A stretch of 63,966 nt of DNA, filler included, from Sluysia triapertura (lineage: Eukaryota): NCBI GenBank assembly GCA_046118255.1. It is 5 parts of 5 records of this genome, joined end to end, with 100 filler letters (N's around TTAATTAATTAA, not from the genome) between each part and the next. Parts side by side here need not be neighbours in the genome. Positions count along the whole stretch, not along the records: positions 1 to 11,964 come from JBJNIA010152161.1; positions 12,065 to 30,058 come from JBJNIA010183390.1; 3 more parts are not named here. One strand, written 5' to 3'. Under the pieces are notes generated by a model. It did no database searches and had not been told where the DNA came from. It saw nothing but the letters and a program-made list of their open reading frames with translations. This document shows positions 1 to 12,179 of the stretch, in pieces (position 1 is the stretch's first letter; every line of letters starts with the position of its first letter). The position numbers and the translations under genes were made by a program.

Positions 1-465
1 ATTATAATTTAACTAATTGTATTTAGTTATTGCAAAATTTTGATTTATAACTGTTTGATAATTTATTTTATATTTTTACATATGTTTATTAATAAATTAT
101 TTAATCCTTATTTAATATTGATTTCCATAATTTTAAAATTTTCAAAAAATCTATCGAGATAAAAGCTTTTATACACTAGAAATTAACTCTAGTAAGAAAA
201 ATCTTTTTAACCGATCCCATATAACGGGATTTACGCAAAATTATTATTTTAAGCTTCTGCATTTAATATATAATTAAACTAATTTGAATTTTTAAAATAT
301 TCACCTCCAGATTTAAGGTGTTAAATAAAATCATTATTTAACAGTTAAGTATCTATTCTCGCATTAAAATCTAACGGCTGGCCCTCGCTGGTAAGTCCAT
401 TACGTTGGTGAACTAACGTAAGTTAATAAATCTTTATTCTATAAACTCCACAGTTCTCTCACAAT
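1..465 (-). repeat. Structured interspersed repeat, copy 1 (homologous to 11630-11964 and 19879-20309)
   Basis: Reverse complement reads ...AGTTCACCAACGTAATGGACTTACCAGCGAGGGCCAGCCGTTAG...CTGGAGGT...ATCCCGTTATATGGGAT...ACTAGAGTTAATTTCTAGT, collinear with the other two copies. Confidence 0.9.
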
Positions 466-1049
466 ACGAAAACTGTAAATATTTATTATTTTAATAACTT
501 ATATATTGTCATTAAATTTGATTATATAAATAAAAATTATTTAATAAAGTTTTTATGTTTTGATGAATAAAAAAATATAAAGTTTATTAACATGTAAATA
601 CGTTCAGATTAAAATGATACATGAAAAACAAAATAGAAATATTGCAATTGCTTTCAGAAGTTGAAAATTTGCAAAAGTTAACTCAATTTGATAAAAACAT
701 TCTACATAAAATATATAATAGTTCACTGATATTATTCAATTACATTTTAATTTAAATATAATAATGTTAAGTATTTTTAAATTTTAATTACAATGATCTG
801 AGATTTTTTTCATTTTTAAATTTGTCACTTCGTAAATTGTTCACTTTTTAGATGAAATATAAATAAAATGAGCAATGACAAAACCAGAAATTATTTTCGT
901 TTAAGCGTCAATATAAATCAACATTTTAATATCTGGTAGGATTTTTATAACCATAACAGATTTGAGAGCTGTGTTTTTTAAATTTTATTTTGAAATAAGC
1001 TTATCACCATTTTTAATCAAAATTTAAATTAAGTATAAATAGTAAAAGA

Positions 1050-1115
<66 letters not shown>
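1050..1115. repeat. (AAT)n microsatellite; similar tracts at about 1244-1306, 8551-8630, 8925-8987, 30160-30233, 36020-36108, 39117-39195, 41845-41900, 53803-53844 and 61433-61523
   Basis: Perfect or near-perfect trinucleotide runs directly visible. Confidence 0.95.
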
Positions 1116-1242
1116 TTAGATTCTTGAGATCAAACGAAAATCACATTTAAAAATGCCAAACATTAATGAAGAATTATGTCACTTATCAGATTCTAGCAAT
1201 TCTTTATTTTAAAGTTTGTAAATGTTTGTTTTTAATACTAGA

Positions 1243-1305
<63 letters not shown>

Positions 1306-3239
1306 TTTTCTTCTGTTACTTTTCATTATTTTGAGTTAAAATTATTTTATTACGTATTTTAAGTTAACTTGATTAATATAATAAATATACAGCTTAACAT
1401 TAGAATTATTTTGATCGAAATAGAATAATATTATTATTATTGAAAAATAAAATTAATATTAAAACCAAAATGTTGAAAGAAATTAAATTATAAAATATTT
1501 GAAATTACTCTTGTTACTAATAACATAAAAACTTCAGAACAAAAAAAAATAATTTTAGACAGACATTGTGTCAATCATAAGCTGAAATGCTACTAAGAAT
1601 TTAAATATAAATAATAACTGCGTTAGTATATTTTTTATCACTCTGGTTGCATTCTTATTACAGCAAAACTAGAAAATATTCCAATCTTAGTGTGTACAAA
1701 TTATATTAAGAGCAAAATTATTCACCAATAATATCTTGGTTTATAAAGAAACGTAAATAACTCTTACATAAAAGATATGCAAACAAAATAAGTTTATTCA
1801 AAAACAATATTGATATTAAAGTATTGAGTGAACTCTGCTACATAAATCATCTTGAAAATCATATCCATTTCATTAATAATAAATAATCTTTTAAAATAAA
1901 AATTTAACTAAACGCTTTTATTCCAAAAAAATATTTATAACGGACACAATTAAAAACGAAAAATATTATATAAGATATTACATGAAATATTAAGGAGAAT
2001 TAAAGAAACATTATAGATTCACAGGAACTTTAAAATCCCGTTCAAAACATAATTAAAAGTAGTAGTTGTACTTCTAGGAAACAAATTTTATAGAGTAAAT
2101 TTTTTCATTATGATGAATTTTGATTGAGTTTAATTGTTCAAGTTAATGACTTCTTTTTGATTTATTTGCATTAGAATAGCAATCTGTGTAAAATATGAAA
2201 TTGTAAAAAATTAATTTTTACATATTTATTATTCGACCAAAAAGTGTTTATTTAGATCTAGGATGAGCTGAAGGAAAATTATGCTGCTAAATAAATTTAA
2301 CAATTATTATAAGGAAAGTCAAAAGATGAATTGCAAAAAAATGGTTAAACTTAGAAAATAATTTCAAATTAAAATGTTGAAAGGCGTCTTTGACACCTTT
2401 GGTAGAAATTGTGTTAATGAATTTTCTGACACGATTTTTAATACAGAAATTTTTAAATATTTTTGGGGAAACGAATAATCCAACAACTAAAAGAAATTTA
2501 TAGTAAAAGTTCTCTTTGTGATGCGACGGTTTTGCAATAACTCAATAAATATGTCGGATTTTAATGAAGAAATAATTGCATTTGTGTTCATATAAGATCT
2601 TAGTATGTTATATGTTTACGTAAATCTAAAATTTAAAATATTCATTTTATTTTCTTCCAATTTATGTAAGGTATAATTTGAAATTGAATCAGTACTATCT
2701 TATGTATCAAATCTATTAATTTATACAATTTATTTTTCATTTCTATATGTATACCTATACCTTTGAAAAGCCTCAGATGCTTTCAAAGGTCTCGATTTTA
2801 CTTATTATCAACCTGCAGCAAAATAAATTTTAGTAAGATTAAATAAATTAAAATAAATTGCACGACTTACGACGTGTAATGGACATACCTGTAACTAAAA
2901 GCGGACATTCTAAAGTGAAAATTAACTCTAGATAAATAATAAGTTACTTATTAAATTTCCTTATAATATTGATAATATTTTAAAGACAGATTTTACGATA
3001 ATTTATTAAATTATTGAAAAATATCATAAGGGTCGTAAGCGGATTTTATTCTTGATGTTAACAAGAGAATCCAATCAAAAATTATTCCAATTAACAAGAA
3101 CATTGATTGATGGAAGTTGGTTCCTCGAGTATTTTTAATGAATCTTTCCAAATTTGTATTTATTATTGTTCAAATAAATTATGTTCAACAATAAATTATT
3201 TTCTATTAAATTTGCCCCTTTAAGGATGTTTGGGAATTT

Positions 3240-5560
3240 CGCTTTAATATTAAGTTAACACAGCTCTGACTGCAATGTTTGATGCGTCTTTTGTTAATAT
3301 GAATAGTTCACTTTGCAAAGGGAATGCAAGACTTTACATTTGTGAAAGTTCAATCCAACTCATCATTTGCGTTTTCTTGTCTAACGATAGAGATACTAGT
3401 GGTGCTAAGCTTTCAGATAATTTCGTTAAGAATAGGCGACAATAATTTATGAGATCAAGGAAACTTCGCATTTGAGTGACTGTTTGTGGTTGCGGGAAGT
3501 TCTTTATTGTGCCTGTATGGTTTGACAAATGTTCGAAGCTATCAGAAGAGATGTTATGGCCTAAAATGCGATTTTGGATTGAAAGAATTGACATTTCTTC
3601 GGTTTGATGATTAGATTATTGTCTGTCAGGAGTTTAAGACTTGGTCAAGGTGTTGTTTTTGTGAATCAATGTTGGTTGATGCGATGATAATATCATCAAT
3701 GTGTATTGCAACGAATGGTAAACTTTGCAGAATTTAATCTCTATGTCGTTGGAAGGTTTGAGCAGCATTTCTGAGAACAACGGCATTCGTGTGTATTCGA
3801 ATAAGCCGAAAAGTGTAGTCACTGAAGTTTTCGCGATGTCTTCTGGATTTACTGGGATCTGATGATAGGCTTTTGCTATATCAATTAATGAAAATACTGA
3901 GCAGCCAGAAAAATGATGCAAGATGTCGGTTATTAGTAAAATTGGATATGCGTCAGGAATTGTTACTTTATTTAACATTCTGTAATTCCCGTATATCCTG
4001 ATGCGGCCAAAGAGGAAGAAGATCGAAGCACAATCCTTTGTTTTTCCAATCAAGGAATTCCTGTTCATCTTGTGTCCGAACCTCTTGTAGTAATTCGCGA
4101 CGTGTCAGTTTGCACAGTGCAGTTTATATGGTATTGATGAATTGGGCGGAGTTTGAATTATGATCTGTTGAAAATTCCTCTTTTAATAGATCAAGGTGCT
4201 TGATCTCGATATAAGTTAGGACGTTTTCTTTGTTTATACAAACTTATGTGAAATATTTGTACTTTTAAATGTACCAGTGTTTTGTTTCTGCAATCGTAAT
4301 GATCGAAGAAAGTGCTCCTATTGGTGTACTGCAGCTATGACGAAATTCCACTCAAATATTTTTTGAATTGCGGTAGCTGGAATGAACCACGTTGCGGATG
4401 AACATTTGCCGCGGTTAGGTACTATGTAGGTATTAAGGTATTAGGAATTACTGATACTGCTGCACCTGTGTTTACTAAGAATTCTAGCTGAGGATAAATG
4501 AAATTTTGGAAAGTAAGCGGCACAGTGAATATTGAAAGTGATGCCATGTCGATCGGTTTGGTTGCTGTAACCTATGGCACAGTTAGTTTTTTGTTGGAGC
4601 TTTGCAAAGTGTACACATTCTTTCATACAATTGCATGCTAAATTCTTGAAATGTGCGTGATACAGGCATAAATCCTTGACTTGAATATTCATCTCATTGT
4701 TATGGAATTTGCATCCTATTACACAGCATTTTGATTTATTTTTGAATCTGCGGTAATAATGACAGATCCCATCAAATGATGTCTCGCATCTCGGAGATCT
4801 GAACTGTTGAGATCTTCTTTTCCTATTCATATTTGTGTTGTTACTGGTTGATAGCATTGACACAATTTTTGTTAGTGCATTTTTGTGAGGTCATTACGTA
4901 TATGCGTGAATTTGATTTGAGTAATTCAAATTTGTGGTATCTGTTATTGTATAAGGTTGTTTTCTCGACCCATATACTTGACTAATGCTTGCCTAGGGAT
5001 TATTTCCACAGTGAAGAATTATTCTATTTTATCTGTCATACTTCCTGATAAAACTGCTTTAACCATAGGAGGCATTGCATCAAAGAAGAGCTGTTTTAAG
5101 ATATGGTGATGCTCAAGATTATTTTTAATTTTCTTTAGAAATTCCGATGGACTAAGATGTCATAAAGACTGGATTTTAAAGTTGTCTTGGAAAATCTAAT
5201 GTACGCTCGGATTATAGTGTTTTAATATCAAGTCTTTCAGCTCATCGTGTGGATTTATTGCTCCTAAGCAAGATGAGATTTTATCTGATTTTCACAACTA
5301 GATCTTGTGGAAGTAAGGTAAATGCAGTAGTGAATTTCTGGTGCAGTTGGTTATATAAATCTCCACTTCAAGTCTGCTTCTAATACTACAACGAATTATT
5401 TTGGAGTTCCTTTACTATCGAGAAAGAAATTAGTAGGTGATAGAGCCGCCGCGGAGTTTATTTCAGTTGGTGTTGGCTGTTTTTCTTTAACGTCGGTAGG
5501 GTTGTTGTTACTACGAGGAAGTTGGTGTTGAATTTTAATCGTAGCTCCATTCTTTATATC
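3240..5560 (-). mobile_element. Decayed Ty3/Gypsy LTR retrotransposon (CsRN1-like): gag, protease, RT, start of RNase H
   Basis: Gag-like peptides (LKQLFFDAMPPMVKAVL), two CxxHx(n)CxxxC-type knuckles (ORF 4441-4863), protease FLVNTGAAVSVIP (~4443-4481, catalytic D to N), RT motifs DAYPI, DIAKAYHQIPV, GLFEYTRMP, YIDDII, MRSFLDLINYCR, RNase H start LTKDASNIAV (~3260-3300); many stops and frameshifts; LTRs not identified. Confidence 0.9.
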
Positions 5561-7929
5561 ATATTGTCGGGAACAAATAATTTATTTCAATTTTAAACAG
5601 GATTTTAAGATTGTGTAAGTTTGATAAGTTCTCGTGCATTCTAAATCTTACTTAAGTAAGATTGATCGAGTTTATTTTTGTTGAACTTGCGGTAACTGAA
5701 TATGATTGTTGAACAAATAATTTCACTGGAACTATGAAGATTATCTTTCGTTTATTATCAACTTCTTTCTTTAGACAATTTTAATAAAATTTTATGTTAA
5801 TTGTTGAATAATCACGAAATATGTCTTAAATGTTTTCTATGTAACTCCTTTCAATCGAATTATACGTTTTTAGATTTTTAACCAAAACTTCTGGTTATAT
5901 TATTCTGTAAAGTTTACTTTTTATAATCAGTTATGATTAACCAAAATTACGGCGCACGCGATAGCGCTTTTCTCGTTTTGTATCGATAATGCGAAGATGC
6001 TGCTGTTGGTAAAAAAGGAGTCGTGGAATTTGTGCAGCAAAACATTTTTGTAATAAGTGAAAATAAAAAATATTTTGTTGATCAAAATTACTTGTTACAT
6101 AACAATTAGTGTTAATTATAACCTTTCCCCCCAAAAAAAAATACCACTCATTTCATCCTGGACTTTTAGCATATACATAAGAAAATTATTCCGCACTCAA
6201 ACGGTTAATGAATGACAATAAAACAGTACTGAATTTATAATATAAAAATTATTAATCAACAGAATAATTAAAAAATTTACAAAGATTATTAATTTAAAAA
6301 ATTTAATAATTATTATTTAAAATATTTATTTAAATTATTTAAAATATTTACAAAAGTCATTAATTTTCAAAATTATTAATTGCATTTTAACATTTAAAAA
6401 TCTTTAAGATCCTAAACAATGTCTTTGTTAATATCTTTGGTTTTATAAATAATTTTTTGTATAGATGTTTTATCTGCTACCTGAGTGTAAATATACTATT
6501 TTATTTGAGTTTTAGTTAGTTATGTGGTCGAGGTTTTCAAAAATGTAGTACTAAGAACTATGCGACACAATCTTGAGATGTCTACCAGAGTTTATGCTGA
6601 GAGGACAATTGCCTCCTAGAATCGACGTCGTTGACATTAATTTGTATACTATTTCCGGATCATAAATATTTGTCTCGGGGATAAGTGGTTCTTTTTACGC
6701 ATGTATTGATGAAAATGAAAAAATGTTGACAAATAATTAGTGCAAGTGTTGATATTTATTCATAAATAAAGAATTAAGCAATAAATAGAACTGAATATAA
6801 TCAATGGAATATAAACAAAAGAAAAGTTTATTAAGTTATGATTAATTATTATAATAGTTAAAGAAACATTAGATTTACTTATAACTATTATGATTGATTG
6901 ATGGCACTTTGGGCGCTTAAGTAAAATACACAGAGACTTAAGGTCCTTACGAAAGTGGATATTAATTTTGCAAACGTCATACTGTTATTATTATTGTACT
7001 TTACTGACCTTAAACTAAAATTATAAGACATCGCCGGGTTATTACGTTTACGTAGAACGTAAGAGGAACAGAATTTTTTAATTTATGATCTGAGAATGTT
7101 TAAAGTTACGTATGTTTAGCCTCAATTTATTCCTTCCTGACAAATGTCTTTTGTAGAACACCGCATAATATAATTTTATAACAGTATATGTTTATTTATT
7201 TTTCATGGCATCGTGTTGTTTTTCTGAACTAAAATGAGTAAAAGAACAATATTTCCGCTATAAAATTTCCAGATTTTTTTATTATAAAATTATTTTGATA
7301 CAATGAATTTATAATAAATTCTACAAAAAAGAAATAACGGTATTAATTTAAAATTTTATTATTTTTAGTCAATAAAATAAAAAGTGATAAACTTTTGTTA
7401 ATCTATTGAAATAAAATCTTTTGTGTGAATTTCTTTTGTATGCTTTCCATAAAATATTCACCACGTAATAATTATTACTATATTTTAATGTAATAGTCCA
7501 AATTTCTAATTAAATTGTAAATTAATTTTATTTAAATTAATTTTTATGAAATATCTTGAAAACGTTATTTCTATGTCAGAAATATTTAATGATATTTAAC
7601 CACTTTTGAGTAGTTATTAAATTAATTTATTATTATTATTATTATTATTATAAAGCAAAATATAAATCTAAAAAATAATATCAAAGATATAAAAGATAAT
7701 AAAAGAATAAATATATTACTGTGGTTGATATTGCATTAATTATTATTATAAAACATAATAGTGGAATTTATCAGTTTTTTAAAACTATTTAAATTAATTG
7801 CAAGTGGATAAATGAATGTCCAAAGAAATAATCAGTTGCTTAGAATCGAACTATTAAAGATTTAAATTCAATTATAAAAAACAAAGTGTTACGAACGTCA
7901 TATTATTAATTAATAATATAGAATCAATG

Positions 7930-8095
7930 ATCTAATTATAAACATATTACAATCAATTTTAAATGTGATGTAATTGTCAACTATCGAAATGTTTTAATCG
8001 TGATGCAATTGTCAAATATGAAAAGTTATAAATGTGACACAATCAAAAATTAAATATCAATTATAAATGTAATACGATTGGCAAATATTAAATAT
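7930..8095. repeat. Degenerate ~35-bp tandem repeat
   Basis: About four copies of AATTATAAATGTGATGCAATTGTCAAATAT-like units. Confidence 0.6.
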
Positions 8096-8562
8096 TATTT
8101 AACTAATATTTACGAAGATTTTATTTATAAGTTATCTCAGTAAAAAGTTTTACGAATTAATTAGTGACGTTGAGTATAATTTTAAATTTTTCGTTAAAGT
8201 AAAATTTGCTTAAAATTTATATAAACTAACAAATGAAAACAGTTTAATGCCGAATAATAAATGATAGTATTTGTTTTTTCTAATAATGGTTCAAAAATAA
8301 TGGTACCACAAATGATTAAATATATTTAATAAGCATCTATAAGAGCTCAAATTTTTTGAGGCTACTCTTTTGTGATACTTAAATCTTTTAAATTAATGAT
8401 TATCATTTGTAGTACTTAATTGTGTAGTCATACTATTTGTACTTATAACTGATGAATGCTGATGAATTATGCTACTATACATTTTATAATTTCTAGATAC
8501 TTTGACTAATATTGACACTAAATAATAAAACTTTTAAATGTTTTACTTTGATAATAATAATA

Positions 8563-8630
<68 letters not shown>

Positions 8631-8938
8631 TTGTTTATTGATTTATGTGTGACAATAAAGAAACAGCATTTTGGATATAAGATTATAAAATTATAAAATA
8701 ATATTATTTAATATATTCGAAATATTTGAATATCCGGTCACTCAAATGAAACCAATTTAGTACTTATTTTTGTTATTTTCGCTGTTAATAAGTTATAATA
8801 TTAACTTTAATAATAATAATTATTATTATTATTTTCTCGAGAGCACTTCACTCTTAATTTGATAAAGTGATAAATAATCATTAGAGATATTCAAATAAGT
8901 TTTAAAATTGTTGTTTAATAATGATTTATTATTGTTAC

Positions 8939-8990
<52 letters not shown>

Positions 8991-9001
8991 AGTTTAATAC
9001 T

Positions 9002-9095
9002 TTATATTACTTATAAATTATATTACTTATAAAATATATTACTTGTAATTTATATTACTTACAAAATATACTACTTATTAATTATTGTATATTAC
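9002..9095. repeat. ~16-bp minisatellite (TATATTACTTATAAAW)
   Basis: Five to six consecutive units visible. Confidence 0.8.
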
Positions 9096-9399
9096 TGAAG
9101 TAAATATTCGAATTTATACAAGATAATTAAGTGAAGCCTTATTTTTGCTGTATATACAAACACAATTTATATTATATTAAATTAACAATACTATTTGATA
9201 AATAAAACACGAATAAACACTATTACTTATTTATAGTTTCCAATTTTATTACACTTTCAATTACTATATTGCATTTAGTTAAATAAATTTCGTTTGAAAA
9301 GTATAGGACACATTATACAAACTTTTTATTTAAGACACTATACAACGTATTGTAGAAAATTAGTATTTTATTGATGTTCCTGAGTTTTTCAATATCTCT

Positions 9400-9810
9400 A
9401 CATATATGTATTTATATTATTTATTTCAATCTTTTCCAAGTATCCAATATTGCATCTTTTAACTCAGACATATTGAGAGTAATTGAAGCCATAAGTTTTC
9501 TATCAGATTGAGATTAAGGGATCTTTCTGGCCTCTCTAACACTTTTGATCCATCTTCACTGAACGTATTAAGTGTAGTTTTAGATCGATAACAAGGAGCG
9601 TTATCTTGCTGAAAGATGACATTGATATTTCCTGGACGTTTGACATACGGAATTACTACTTCTTTTATCCAATCATAGTACTTATCACCATTAAGAGTTG
9701 ATGGAACCACACGTAAGTCTAGCTTTTTATCATAAATTATGGCACCCATACCATAAGTGATCCTCCGCCACAAATTATCTTAGAAAATATTTCCCTTGAA
9801 TCCTCTAGAT
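9400..9810 (-). mobile_element. Tc1/mariner transposase fragment (DDE core)
   Basis: GGGSLMVWG-like motif (frameshifted), IFQQDNAPCY, RSLNLNLIENLW; truncated upstream by a hAT MITE. Confidence 0.9.
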
Positions 9811-10136
9811 CAGTGGTTCTGCGACCCACTTTACGATTCCAAATTTTTTCGCGACCTATCGGAACTAAAATAAAAATAATAAAGTAAATTTGTTTTAAAA
9901 AATTTTAACACCAAATCATTAAAATACATTTAATAATAAATCATATTAGAACACACTACTCTTGTTGAGACTGTTTTTTGAGTTAAGAAAAAGTGTAATA
10001 TTTTATCAATAAAATAAAATAATAATAGTATTTAAAATCATTTAAAATTAGACTTATCTTATTTAAAGAATATTTTCTTATGAATACTTTACTAAAACTT
10101 TGAACTTTCTCGCGAACCCCTTTTTGAAGAACACTA
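9811..10136. mobile_element. Non-autonomous hAT (Buster/Charlie-like) MITE
   Basis: Begins CAGTGGTTCT after CTCTAGAT, internal CGCGACC motifs, ends TTTGAAGAACACTA (degenerate inverted terminus). Confidence 0.65.
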
Positions 10137-11064
10137 ATAATAATGATAATAGTACTGTATTTTAAAATTATTTCATGTATTTGTTAGTTGTTACTAACTC
10201 AATGTATTTTTATCATCATTGTTACGTTATGTAAAGTTACTTTTAAATTACTTTACTTGTTCTGAAGGTCAGAATCTTTATTCGTGTCCGATGTAAACTT
10301 ACAGGTGTTCTCTTCTCTGATTTAGTGAAAAAAATAGCATCCATAATATTAAATTTGATTATAATTATTATTACATTATTAATTAGTTATAGTTATTGGT
10401 CTTCTTATTGGACCTTTTTATTTATCCATTAATTATCAACCAATCAAAAATTTACTGACAGACAATATATGTCAATATTGTGTTATAATTAACATTTATA
10501 ATTAAATTATTATCAAAATTTACCTACTTACATTTATTAGTAGATAATTATTAATTTTAATTAAATGTAAAATGTAAATTTTCTTCACTGTACTACAAAC
10601 AGTGAATTTGCATGTCTGAATTTGAAAATGTCTGAAAAATAGCGTAAAAATTTGATGAAAAAATTGATCAGAATCAAGATAAAGAACTTTGTTATTATTA
10701 AATTCAATTACCGTATCGTTGTGTTTTGTTTTTGTTTCGTAAATAATTATGAAAATTAAATTACGACTTTATTTATATCAATTTTATTTATTTATTTTAA
10801 GTTTATATTGATACTATTGGAGATTTTTTTATGAATAAAAATGCGTTGTGTGCACTTAGAATTTTATTTAAATAAATGTATTATTTAAACAAAAAAATAT
10901 TTATATCACATTTCGTTTTAATTTTCTATTTAATTATTTTCATATGTATCATTGTCTCAATTCAATTTATTATAATTTTGTTTTTACAATTTTTAAATAT
11001 TTGTATTAAATATATTACTGATAAATATCAGTAGAGTATTGTTGAATAATATTTATTAATGTAG

Positions 11065-11269
11065 TGCATCAATAAGACGTAGCAGTATGCGTGAAAAAAG
11101 TCTATTATCATGGAAAGAAGCTCGGCAAGAAGCACTAATGAGAGAAGCTATACAACAGAAGATAAAACCGAATTCTTCCGAATTGATAAATAATGTTGAT
11201 AACGAATTGGAAAATGACAACCAAAAATCGGAATTAAATCAACAAAAACAATTTTCAAATAATAATGAA
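11065..11269 (+). CDS. Orphan internal exon of an unidentified protein (ASIRRSSMREKSLLSWKEARQEALMREAIQQK...)
   Basis: Stop-free 205 nt bounded by TAG acceptor and GTAAAC donor; richer in G+C than flanks; no recognised family. Confidence 0.5.
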
Positions 11270-11629
11270 GTAAACATTTTTATCATGTTTTAAGATAATA
11301 TATAAATATTATTTACAAAATTAATTTATTTTCTCTAATTACAACATAAATAATTTTTAATATTAATAATAATAGGAACATCTTATTAAACATGACTAAT
11401 CATTTTTTCCATATTTTAATTTATTAACTTATAATTGGATAATAGTAACAAAAAAACGGATACGTAACATGAGACATACGGGTGTGTCGCGATGATTATT
11501 GTTGATCAACATGGGAAGTCGGTGAATCTAACGAGGTAGTCATTGTAGTTCAACAGCGACAGCACATGGAAGTATCGGACTTATCGCGGATACATTAATA
11601 TTAAACGATTTGATGATATTTATTTAATT

Positions 11630-11964
11630 TAATTGTGTGAAAGGTGAGTAAAGTAAATGGAATAAAATGAGTTTAAAATGAGTTCACCAACGTACTGGGC
11701 TTACCAGTTAGGGCCAGCCGTTGGATTTGGTGTATAAAGTTTCAATAAATATAATAATGGAGCCTTAATGTTTAATCCTACCTGGAGGTAAACTTTGCTA
11801 ACATCTGCTAAGATTGTCAAATGTAAGTAGATCTGAAATATTTAAAGGAATTTCTCGAGAACTGTAACTATTAAAAATAAATCACACTTTTTCGTAGATT
11901 CCGTTATATGGAATCAATAAAATATATTTTACTTCCTAGAATTAAATTCTAGTCTTTAGAAAAC
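11630..11964 (+). repeat. Structured interspersed repeat, copy 2 (truncated by gap)
   Basis: AGTTCACCAACGTACTGGGCTTACCAGTTAGGGCCAGCCGTTGG, CTGGAGGT, GATTCCGTTATATGGAATC, CTAGAATTAAATTCTAG. Confidence 0.9.
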
Positions 11965-12064
11965 NNNNNNNNNNNNNNNNNNNNNNNNNNNNNNNNNNNN
12001 NNNNNNNNTTAATTAATTAANNNNNNNNNNNNNNNNNNNNNNNNNNNNNNNNNNNNNNNNNNNN
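11965..12064. other. Artificial contig linker N44-TTAATTAATTAA-N44 (also 30059-30158, 41282-41381, 52993-53092)
   Basis: Four identical 100-bp gaps, each centred on a palindromic six-frame stop 12-mer. Confidence 0.97.
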
Positions 12065-12099
12065 ATAATTGAATATATTGAAAATGAAATTGTTAGACG

Positions 12100-12156
12100 G
12101 GGCTGATAGCTCAGTGGTAGAGCATTCGCACTGCGCATCGATCCCCGGTCAGTCCA
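12100..12156 (+). pseudogene. tRNA-Cys-derived pseudogene with internal deletion
   Basis: GGGCTGA/TCAGTCC acceptor stem, D-arm TAGCTCAGTGGTAGAGC, Cys-like TTCG..CTGC..ATCG anticodon region; variable arm and 5' half of T-arm missing. Confidence 0.75.
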
Positions 12157-12179
12157 TTTTACGAAGTCTAACAAAATGA

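Noticed and set aside
11690-11720. Similarity of the structured repeat to the initiator tRNA-Met anticodon arm or a flatworm spliced-leader start
   Set aside because: Only short word matches; no cloverleaf, A/B boxes or AUG/GU leader junction
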